DNA from: Planctomycetota bacterium
Lineage (GTDB): Bacteria > Planctomycetota > Planctomycetia > Planctomycetales > Planctomycetaceae
Length of the DNA: 64,000 bases
Reading direction: 5' to 3'
Assembly: GCA_003670925.1 (NCBI GenBank)
Contig: QWQG01000198.1
Span: 10,994 to 74,993, forward strand
Below, piece after piece: positions 38,093 to 46,501 of the stretch (position 1 is its first letter; each line of letters starts with the position of its first letter). The notes below the pieces were generated by a model. That model ran no database searches and had not been told where the DNA came from. It saw only the letters and a list, made by a program, of their open reading frames with translations. Both the position numbers and the translations under genes were made by a program.

Positions 38093-39499
38093 TCACTTGA
38101 CACGATTGTAACCATTTAACGCAGCTACGCGATATGCTTCGGCCATCGTGGGATAGTTGAATGCCGTGTTGATAAAGTACAACAGTGAATTGGCTGTGCC
38201 GGGTTGAGCCATAATGGCTTGGCCGATGTGAATAATTTCCGTCGCATTCACGCCGAAGCAGTGGACGCCCAAGATTTCCAAAGTCTCACGATGGAACAAT
38301 AATTTGAGCATGCCGACTGGGCGCCCCATGATCTGAGCCCGCGCCAGATTCTTGAACATCGAATGTCCAACTTCATACGGAACACATTCGTCAGTCAATT
38401 CACGTTCGGTCTTACCTACGCTGCTGATCTCAGGACTGGTATAAATGCCCGTCGGGATATCTTGAATGCGGAACTGTTGAGAGTCCCCTTCACCCAGATG
38501 CCGTGCGGCAAACCGCCCCTGAATATACGCAGCGCTCGCCAAAGCCGGCACGCCAATCACATCTCCAACAGCGTAGATGTGTGGTTGAGACGTCTGCAGA
38601 TGCTCATTGACCTCAAGCTGTCCGCGATGATTTGCATGCACACCAACGTTTGCTAAGCCTAGACCTTCGGTGTTCCCAGTCCGCCCGTTGGCCCACAGGA
38701 GGATGTCACTCTTCAGTTGCTTACCCGACTTCAAATGCATCACCACATGGTCGTCAAATGTTTCCAGCTTCTCAAATGTTTCGCTATTCCGCATGCGCAC
38801 CCCAGTGTCTCGCATGTGGTAGGCCAACGCATCACAGATTTCGTCGTCGAGAAATTCGAGCATTTTGGCCCGCGTATTCACCAGATTGAGTTTGACTTGG
38901 AGATTTCGGAACATCGACGCGTATTCGCAGCCGATGACGCCCGCACCATAAATGGTCATCGTCTTGGGGGTTTCTGGTAGATCCAGAATCGTATCACTGT
39001 CAAAGACGCGTGGATGACTGAAGTCAATTTCCGGCGGACGATAGGGCCGTGAACCTGTAGCAATTACAAAATGATGCGCATGCGCAATGGTGATGCTGCC
39101 GTCCTGATGCTCCACATTGACGCGATTTGCGTCCAGAAAACTGGCGTCGCCGCAAAGAACTTCGACGTCGTTGCGATCATAAAAACTGCGTCGCATGCCC
39201 ACCTGCTGATCAATCACCGCCTGCGCGCTGCGCCGCAAATCACGGAAGCTGACATCCAGATTGACGCCCAAACGGCGGAACACGGGGGCGGAGTTCACAT
39301 CCATGAGCCGATAGATGGCCGCGCGCAGTGACTTACTAGGAATCGTTCCCAAATGTGTGCAGGCACCGCCGATCTGCGGCATCCGTTCAACGACGCCGAC
39401 ACGCTTCCCCTGTTTCGTCGCTTCCATTGAAGCGCCTTCACCACCAGGGCCCGCACCGATCACAATGACATCAAAGGTTTTCTCAACAGGCGCGTGCAT
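38093..39499 (-). CDS. sthA: Soluble pyridine nucleotide transhydrogenase
   Basis: Colinear with E. coli SthA as I recall it. Shared stretches include [68 protein letters not shown]. Confidence 0.93.
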   Translation of the reverse strand: MHAPVEKTFDVIVIGAGPGGEGASMEATKQGKRVGVVERMPQIGGACTHLGTIPSKSLRAAIYRLMDVNSAPVFRRLGVNLDVSFRDLRRSAQAVIDQQVGMRRSFYDRNDVEVLCGDASFLDANRVNVEHQDGSITIAHAHHFVIATGSRPYRPPEIDFSHPRVFDSDTILDLPETPKTMTIYGAGVIGCEYASMFRNLQVKLNLVNTRAKMLEFLDDEICDALAYHMRDTGVRMRNSETFEKLETFDDHVVMHLKSGKQLKSDILLWANGRTGNTEGLGLANVGVHANHRGQLEVNEHLQTSQPHIYAVGDVIGVPALASAAYIQGRFAARHLGEGDSQQFRIQDIPTGIYTSPEISSVGKTERELTDECVPYEVGHSMFKNLARAQIMGRPVGMLKLLFHRETLEILGVHCFGVNATEIIHIGQAIMAQPGTANSLLYFINTAFNYPTMAEAYRVAALNGYNRVK

Positions 39500-39508
39500 T
39501 GTGATTCC

Positions 39509-41593
39509 TCATTCTGGCTTTAGGCCACTATGACGTAGCAACGCATTTGGATCCGGTTCACGACCTCGGAAATCCCGAAAGATGTCCATGGGGTGGCGAC
39601 TGCCGCCTTGGGCGAGAATCGTATCACGGAACCGACGACCTGTGGTCGCCACAGTCGCCTCATCATCTAACCCCGCATCCTCAAACGCACCAAAGGCATC
39701 GGCACTTAAGACTTCTGCCCACTTGTAGCTATAATACCCAGCGGCATATCCCCCCGCAAAGATATGCTGGAACGAACACAGAAAGCGGCTTTCCGGCAGC
39801 GGCGGCAGCAGACTGGTAATCGACAACACGCGGCGTTCAATCTCAAATGGGGATTCGGATCCGTGTGGATCGTATCCATAATGCAACGCCATGTCGGTCA
39901 TGCCCAACTGTAATTGACGCAGCATGATTGTCGCCGCCCGATACGTCTTTGACTGTCGCAGTTTCTGAAATAAGTCCTCGGGCAAAGATTGGCCGGTTTC
40001 GTAGTGAATGGCCATTTTCATGAGCGTCGGTCGATGTAGACACCAGTTCTCCATAAATTGACTTGGCAGTTCAACCGCATCCCATTCCACGCCGCTGATC
40101 CCCGCCGCATCGCGGAAATCTACCGTTGTCAGCATGTGCTGCAGTCCATGGCCGAACTCGTGGAACAGTGTCTCCACTTCCCGAAACGTCATCAGCGAAG
40201 GGACGTCATCCGACGGTGGCGTACTGTTACAAACCAGATGTGCGACGGGCAACCGTGTGCCTCTTGCCGTCACCGAGCGCGCCATGCAGTCCGCCATCCA
40301 CGCTCCGCCGCGTTTGTCTTTCGGACGGGAATACGGATCCAGATAGAATCCCGCAATTTGAGCTTGGGATTCATTAAACACCTCGTAGTACCGCACATCC
40401 GGATGCCAGATCGGAGCTTTGTCAGCCGCGAATGTCACCGTGATCCCAAACAGTCGATGACACAGTTCGAAAAGCCCGTTAAGGACTCGGTCCAATGAAA
40501 AATACGGTCGCAATTGTTCGTCGGTAAAGGCGAATCGCTGCTCACGTAGTCGCTCCGCCCAATACGCGATATCCCAGTGCGACAACGAACCTTCATGACC
40601 ATGCTGCTGCGCGAGATTTGTAATCTCTTCCAGTTCCAGTCTGGCGACTTCGTGCGATGCGACGAGCAATCTGTCAAACATCTGCTGCACGGCTGCAACA
40701 TCCCCAGCCATCTTGCGCGACAAACTGAGGTCCGCATAACATTCGAATCCCAACAGCGTCGCCTGCTCCTTCTTCAGCTTCAAAATCTGACTGATGAGCG
40801 GCGTGTTGTCAGTGTCACCGGAACCGGCTCGCGTAATGTATGCGCGATACAGCGTCTCACGGAGCGCGCGTTTGCGACAATGCTCCATGAACGGGCCAAA
40901 GCACGGATGATCCAGCGTGATTCGCCACGGGCCTGCGTCGGCTGTCGAGGCTGGCTTGTCTTTGTTCTCTTCTGCGCGAGACCACGCGGCGGCCGTCATG
41001 CGTCGCAGACTGGCCGGAAGTCCCTCCGCATCCGACGCGTCTATGAGATCCAGTTGAAACGCACCAGTAGCATCCAAGAGATGATTGGAGTAGTCGGTGC
41101 TCAGTTGTGTTAGTTCTTGTTCAATCGCATTGAACCGTTCACGATCTTTCCCCTTGAGACTGATGCCTGACTGCTCTGCACTTTGAATCATCCTTGCGAT
41201 GATTCTTTGTTGCGCTCCTTTAAAGTGGGACCATTGAGTTGACTCTTTGAGAGCCACGAGCTTCGCGTAGATTGCCGAGCTTTGACGGAGTTGCAGGCTA
41301 AATTCCACAATCTTTGGCATCGCGGCATCATGGGCTTCCCGGAGCGGATCAGCGTTCGCCACACTCAATAAATGCCCAACCGGCGACCAGCCATATTCAA
41401 ACAGCCGATCCACTTCTTCCAGTGGATCCATCAGGGCCGACCAAGACGTCTCTGTTGACTGCTCTACCTGTGCCAAAACTTCTCGGCAGCGAGCAAGCAC
41501 AACTTCGACCGCGGATTCAATGTGTCCGGGAAGAATACAATCATAAGCAGGCAAGCCGTCTTTAATCAGCAGCGGATTCGGATCAGAGTTCAT
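39509..41593 (-). CDS. prlC: Oligopeptidase A / M3 family metallopeptidase
   Basis: The internal ATG (complement 41591-41593) gives MNSDPNPLL. Zn motif HEFGHGLQHML. About 694 aa. Confidence 0.9.
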   Translation of the reverse strand: MNSDPNPLLIKDGLPAYDCILPGHIESAVEVVLARCREVLAQVEQSTETSWSALMDPLEEVDRLFEYGWSPVGHLLSVANADPLREAHDAAMPKIVEFSLQLRQSSAIYAKLVALKESTQWSHFKGAQQRIIARMIQSAEQSGISLKGKDRERFNAIEQELTQLSTDYSNHLLDATGAFQLDLIDASDAEGLPASLRRMTAAAWSRAEENKDKPASTADAGPWRITLDHPCFGPFMEHCRKRALRETLYRAYITRAGSGDTDNTPLISQILKLKKEQATLLGFECYADLSLSRKMAGDVAAVQQMFDRLLVASHEVARLELEEITNLAQQHGHEGSLSHWDIAYWAERLREQRFAFTDEQLRPYFSLDRVLNGLFELCHRLFGITVTFAADKAPIWHPDVRYYEVFNESQAQIAGFYLDPYSRPKDKRGGAWMADCMARSVTARGTRLPVAHLVCNSTPPSDDVPSLMTFREVETLFHEFGHGLQHMLTTVDFRDAAGISGVEWDAVELPSQFMENWCLHRPTLMKMAIHYETGQSLPEDLFQKLRQSKTYRAATIMLRQLQLGMTDMALHYGYDPHGSESPFEIERRVLSITSLLPPLPESRFLCSFQHIFAGGYAAGYYSYKWAEVLSADAFGAFEDAGLDDEATVATTGRRFRDTILAQGGSRHPMDIFRDFRGREPDPNALLRHSGLKPE

Positions 41594-41653
41594 GAAAAGC
41601 TTCGTTGGACAGGAGAAACAACTCAGGGCAACCTGCACGACGCTGGCTGGGTA

Positions 41654-42646
41654 CTACCAGCCTAGCACATGCGCAAAGATTAAAGGAGCTACGATGGTGG
41701 CGTCCGATTCGACGATAAACTTTGGTGTGTCGATTCCCAGTTTACCCCACGTGATTTTTTCGTTCGGGACTGCGCCTGAGTAACTGCCGTAGCTGGTCGT
41801 GGAATCGCTGATCTGGCAAAAATAACCCCAGAGCGGGATGCTCCGACGATCCAAATCCTGATGCAGCATCGGCACGACACAAATGGGGAAGTCGCCAGCG
41901 ATGCCTCCGCCAATCTGGAACATTCCCAGCGAATTTTGCTGCGTGGTTTCAGTGTAGAATTCCGCCAGCCATGTCATGTATTCGATCCCCGTGCGAACCG
42001 TATGCACATGCTTTATTTCACCGCGAATCACGGCCGCTGCATACATGTTGCCGAGCGTTGAATCCTCCCAACCCGGCACGATTATCGGCAAGTTTTTTTC
42101 GGCTGCCGCCAGCATCCATGAATCCTTGGGATCAATCTGGTAATGCTCTTTGTACTTCCCACTTCGAAGCACCTGATAGAAAAATTCGTGCGGGAAGCAT
42201 CGCTTGCCCGAGCCATCGGCTGCGGTCCAGACTTCAAGCATCGCGGTTTCCATCCGCCGCATGGCTTCGCCTTCAGGAATGCAGGTATCGGTCACACGAT
42301 TCATATGGCGTTCCAGCAGCCCTTGTTCCTCTTGGGGCGACAACTGACGATAATGCGGTACTCGCTCGTAGAAATCATGCGCGACTAAGTTGAAGACGTC
42401 TTCTTCTAAATTGGCCCCAGTACACGAAATCAGATGAATCTTGTCTTGGCGAATCATCTCGGCGAGCGACAATCCTAACTCAGCCGTACTCATCGCACCG
42501 GCGAGGCAGACCATCATCTTCCCCCCCTGATCCAGATGCGTTTCATAGCCTTTCGCGGCGTCAATCAACGCGGCGGCATTGAAATGCCGGTAGTGATGAT
42601 TGATAAACTGAGTTACAGGGCCGTTTTTTTTTGAGGGCTGTGCCAT
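41654..42646 (-). CDS. Deoxyhypusine synthase family protein
   Basis: The internal ATG (complement 42644-42646) gives MAQPSKKNGPVTQFINHHYRHFNAAALIDAAKGY...CLAGAMSTAELG...ISCTGANLEEDVFN, a DHS-like fold pattern. Confidence 0.8.
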   Translation of the reverse strand: MAQPSKKNGPVTQFINHHYRHFNAAALIDAAKGYETHLDQGGKMMVCLAGAMSTAELGLSLAEMIRQDKIHLISCTGANLEEDVFNLVAHDFYERVPHYRQLSPQEEQGLLERHMNRVTDTCIPEGEAMRRMETAMLEVWTAADGSGKRCFPHEFFYQVLRSGKYKEHYQIDPKDSWMLAAAEKNLPIIVPGWEDSTLGNMYAAAVIRGEIKHVHTVRTGIEYMTWLAEFYTETTQQNSLGMFQIGGGIAGDFPICVVPMLHQDLDRRSIPLWGYFCQISDSTTSYGSYSGAVPNEKITWGKLGIDTPKFIVESDATIVAPLIFAHVLGW

Positions 42647-42801
42647 GCTGCTGGTCCAGTCGAGAATGTGGGCGAATCGCGATACTATACTCCACCTCGC
42701 GTTCGATGCCACTGCTCTTGGCCTGCAATCATGCGGAAACAAAACCAGTCTCTCAGATGCGATTTTTGCCCCGTCCACCCATAAAAGAACAACTTGCTGA
42801 A

Positions 42802-43350
42802 ATGACAGAATCGACTACGAAAAGGGATGGTACGCCGGATTCGGATGCACTTTCCCCAAAGGCCGACACCTGCTCGCTTGCTGGAGCCGAGACGTCTCTC
42901 GCCGTGCCGCTCTCGGGTGTGTTGCTGGGAATCGACTATGGCACCAAACGCGTCGGTGTGGCCGTTTCTGATCGCGATCAACGATTCTCCAGTCCGTTGC
43001 ATAATCATGAGCGACATGGCGTCCAGGTCGATGCACGGTTCTTTCGCAAAGTGGTCGAAGAGTACCGACCAGTGGGTCTGGTCGTCGGCCTGCCGATCCA
43101 TTTAAGCGGCGATGAAAGCGAGAAATCCCGCGAAGCGCGCAAGTTTGCGGAGTGGCTCGGTACCGTGACAGGGCTCCCCTATACCTTCCAGGACGAGCGG
43201 TTCACGTCGTTTCAGGCCGAGAAACTTCTCCTCGCTGCGGAGTTGTCCAAAAAGAAACGTAAAGAGCGGATGGATAAACTGGCCGCTCAGATTCTGCTCC
43301 AGACGTTTCTTGACGCACGGATTACAGGCCGGCAGACAGTCGCCAATTAG
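42802..43350 (+). CDS. ruvX: Holliday junction resolvase-like nuclease RuvX (YqgF)
   Basis: Motifs LLGIDYGTKRVGVAVSD and VGLVVGLPIHLSGDESEKS. The start is taken as ATG 42802, with 42757 as an alternative. Confidence 0.85.
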   Translation: MTESTTKRDGTPDSDALSPKADTCSLAGAETSLAVPLSGVLLGIDYGTKRVGVAVSDRDQRFSSPLHNHERHGVQVDARFFRKVVEEYRPVGLVVGLPIHLSGDESEKSREARKFAEWLGTVTGLPYTFQDERFTSFQAEKLLLAAELSKKKRKERMDKLAAQILLQTFLDARITGRQTVAN

Positions 43351-43465
43351 CTTGCCATACGAAGATATTTTTCGAGCGACGACCTGCGTGAAATTTTGCC
43401 CGCCGTCTGCAAGAATCTTAATTCCCCACGAGCATCCTTCCTAAAACAAGTCCCGGAGTCCAACC

Positions 43466-46063
43466 ATGAAGCGCCTCAAGTGTCTTTTGATCCTGCTGTG
43501 TGCCGCAGTGCATTTCTTGGCTATTCAGGCAATCGCGGAGGAGCATCCGGATCGTGTTGCGCAAGCAGGCGTGCCTCAGGGAAAGATGACATCTGGGAAG
43601 TTTACCGAGAGTCAGATTTTTCCGGGTACGCAGCGCGACTACAGCGTGTATGTGCCAGCTCAATATAAGCCAGAGGAACCAGCCAGCCTCATGGTGTTTA
43701 TGGACGGCTCAGGCTATGCAAATACCGACGGTGCGTATCGCGTTCCCGTAGTGTTTGATAATCTGATTCATCAAAAAGCCATGCCCGTGACCATCGCCGT
43801 CTTTGTCAGTCCGGGCACGATCGCCGCCACGCAGTCAGGTGCCAGTGATCGCAGCAATCGTTCGTTCGAATACGACTCGATGGGCGATCTTTACTCAAAG
43901 TTTCTAATTGACGAATTTCTGCCTGTCGCGTTGAAAGATCTTAAAGTGGCGACCGATCCTGCGCAGCGTGCCGTATGCGGAATTTCGTCAAGCGGCATTT
44001 GTGCCTTTACGGTTGCGTGGGAACGACCGAATCAGTTCGGCAAAGTGCTCAGTCACATCGGCAGTTTTACCAACATTCGCGGCGGCTGGGCTTATCCGGG
44101 CCTAGTTCGCAAAACTAAAGACAGCCCCAAGCCGCTCAAAGTGTACTTGCAAGAAGGCAAAGAGGATCTCAACAACCTGCACGGCAACTGGCCGCTCGGT
44201 AATCAGGATCTCGCCGCTGCGCTGCAGTTCGCGGGCTACAAATACAAGCTGGTGATGACCGAAGGCGGCCATAGTGGGAAATGGGGTGGCGAAGTTCTGC
44301 CGGACGCTCTTCGCTGGCTGTGGGATGACAACGCCGAATCCACCAACATTCCAATTGTCACCACGAAACCCGAGTGGCAACCTCACGCCGACGCTGTGCG
44401 GCGCGATGAGGTCCCGAGAGGCACCGTTGAAAAGATGGAGCCATGGGACTCCACAATCTTCGCCGGTACTACTCGCGACTGGTCGATCTACGTTCCGGCG
44501 CAGTACAAGGCCGATCAGCCCGCCGCGTTAATGGTGTTTCAGGACGGGGAAGGCATGGCCAACGTCGAGGGCCGGTGGCGAGTCCCTGTGGTCTTCGACA
44601 ACCTAATCGCACGCGGCGACATGCCGCCAACGATTGCCGTCTTCATCAATCCAGGGCATGACAAGTCGAAACCGCGAGACAACGGCAAACATGCGAATCG
44701 AAGTCTGGAATACGATAGTCTCGGTGACCGTTACGTCCGCTTTCTCCTCGAAGAAATCATTCCGGAAGTCCGCAAGCGTTACACCATTTCTGACGATCCT
44801 GCGATGCACGCGATCGGCGGTTCCAGCTCCGGAGCTATCTGTGCGTTTACGGCGGCGTGGGAACGAACCGACTTTTTCCAACGCGTGTATTCGAGCGTCG
44901 GCAGCTTTACCAATCTCCGAGGCGGCGACGTCTATCCCGCGTTGCTTCGCAAGACGGAACCAAAGCCGATTCGTGTCTATATGGCGGATACCAGTGGCGA
45001 CGTTGACAATGCATTCGGAAGCTGGCCATGGGCCAATCAACAGATGGCATCGGCGGTCAAATACATGGGCTATGACTCCCGCTTCGATTGGGCCGAAGGC
45101 TACGCTCACAACGCCGATTTTGGCGGTGCGAAATTCCCCGAGGCAATGACGTGGTTGTGGCGCAAGCAAACTCACACACCCGTGCTCGACACTAGCGGAG
45201 ATCTCGGGGGTGATCTCACGCTCCTGAACTTGCTGATTCCCGGCCAAGCATGGGAAATCGCCGCTGATAATCTTGGCTTCGCGGATGCGCTGTGCGCGGA
45301 CAAAGACGGCAACGTCTATTTTTGTGATATGAAAGCCCCGGCCGTTTATCGCATGAGTGCGGCTGACGGGACACGCACCGAGATCGCCAAAGAATCTGTC
45401 AGCGGTCTGGAATTCGGACCGGATGGTTTGCTCTACGCTTGCCAAGGCTCAAAGAGTCGCGTGATTTCCCTCAACATCACAAGCGGCGAAGTGAAGATCG
45501 TAGCCGAAGGTGTGAAACCGAACGACCTTGCCGTGACCAACGACGGTTTCGTGCTGATCACCGACACAGGTGCGTCTCAGGTGACTGCGATCAATTCCAA
45601 AACCGGCGAAGTAAAACCTGTCGATACTGGCATCCGTAAACCGAACGGAATCGCGTTATCGAACGACGGTGGAACTCTGGCCGTTTCCGACTACGGCGGG
45701 ACTCACACATGGACTTTCCGAGTAAACGCCAAAGGTGTGCTCGACGCTAAAATGCCGACGATGCCCATGCGGTTGCCGATCGACGGCAATGGTGACTTCA
45801 AATTCAACGAAGCTCCGCCTTATGTCACAAACTCTCTTGGTGACGGCATGGCTGTCGATAAAGTCGGCCGCTACTACGTCACCAGCGCTCTCGGCGTGCA
45901 AATCTTCGACCCCACTGGCCGCCCCTGCGGCCTGCTGCCCAAAATTGATAAAGACCAACCCCTCACAACTTGCGTCCTTGCTGGGCCCGATCACAGCACG
46001 CTGTACATCGCGCATGGGGCGAAGATTTATCGACGAAAGCTGACGGTTGAAAAACCAAAGTAG
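43466..46063 (+). CDS. Secreted fusion: two tandem esterase (enterochelin/putative esterase-type) domains + SMP-30/gluconolactonase/LRE-like beta-propeller
   Basis: GGAG sits 7 nt before the ATG, and there is a signal peptide. Esterase copy 1 is about 43571-44329 and copy 2 about 44411-45166 (offset 280 aa). The propeller-like region is about 45218-46060. Confidence 0.8.
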   Translation: MKRLKCLLILLCAAVHFLAIQAIAEEHPDRVAQAGVPQGKMTSGKFTESQIFPGTQRDYSVYVPAQYKPEEPASLMVFMDGSGYANTDGAYRVPVVFDNLIHQKAMPVTIAVFVSPGTIAATQSGASDRSNRSFEYDSMGDLYSKFLIDEFLPVALKDLKVATDPAQRAVCGISSSGICAFTVAWERPNQFGKVLSHIGSFTNIRGGWAYPGLVRKTKDSPKPLKVYLQEGKEDLNNLHGNWPLGNQDLAAALQFAGYKYKLVMTEGGHSGKWGGEVLPDALRWLWDDNAESTNIPIVTTKPEWQPHADAVRRDEVPRGTVEKMEPWDSTIFAGTTRDWSIYVPAQYKADQPAALMVFQDGEGMANVEGRWRVPVVFDNLIARGDMPPTIAVFINPGHDKSKPRDNGKHANRSLEYDSLGDRYVRFLLEEIIPEVRKRYTISDDPAMHAIGGSSSGAICAFTAAWERTDFFQRVYSSVGSFTNLRGGDVYPALLRKTEPKPIRVYMADTSGDVDNAFGSWPWANQQMASAVKYMGYDSRFDWAEGYAHNADFGGAKFPEAMTWLWRKQTHTPVLDTSGDLGGDLTLLNLLIPGQAWEIAADNLGFADALCADKDGNVYFCDMKAPAVYRMSAADGTRTEIAKESVSGLEFGPDGLLYACQGSKSRVISLNITSGEVKIVAEGVKPNDLAVTNDGFVLITDTGASQVTAINSKTGEVKPVDTGIRKPNGIALSNDGGTLAVSDYGGTHTWTFRVNAKGVLDAKMPTMPMRLPIDGNGDFKFNEAPPYVTNSLGDGMAVDKVGRYYVTSALGVQIFDPTGRPCGLLPKIDKDQPLTTCVLAGPDHSTLYIAHGAKIYRRKLTVEKPK

Positions 46064-46316
46064 GTCCTTATTTCAAAAAAATCGCGTCGCCCAGCGAACT
46101 CTTGCCGCATTCGTGTCTTGACCAAGAGATATTTTGTGGTTGCCGGATGCTGCAGAATTCGCCCATGAATCAGGATTCCCTAGGCGTGCGCCTCATGCCA
46201 CTCGATTTGAACGCAACTCGAGTCAGCCGCAGTGCGCTCGCACCCGGTTTTCCACGGCATTCTGAATGAACCGGCCGCTAACGCGTGCCGGCTGTTAGAA
46301 GGAAACGCGTGCCATT

Positions 46317-46347
46317 GCCCGTGCGCCCGTGCGCCCGTGCGCCCGTG
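46317..46347. repeat. Octanucleotide tandem repeat (GCCCGTGC) x about 3.9
   Basis: Read directly from the sequence: GCCCGTGC GCCCGTGC GCCCGTGC GCCCGTG, in the convergent intergenic region. Confidence 0.9.
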
Positions 46348-46501
46348 GTAGGCGGGCTGACTCAACAGTTGTTTGTGCTGCTCACCGAGACCTTTGGAGC
46401 GTCACCCCGCTCGTATCTCGAGCGAGAATCTTCATCAACCCCCTAACGCTGACGGCAAAAAAACATTCGCAAGTTCTTCGCGCGGCCAAGACAACGGCCG
46501 T

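Noticed and set aside
46317-46347. A possible CRISPR-like repeat.
   Set aside because: The 8-nt units are directly abutting with no spacers, and there are no cas genes in the window. It is a simple microsatellite.
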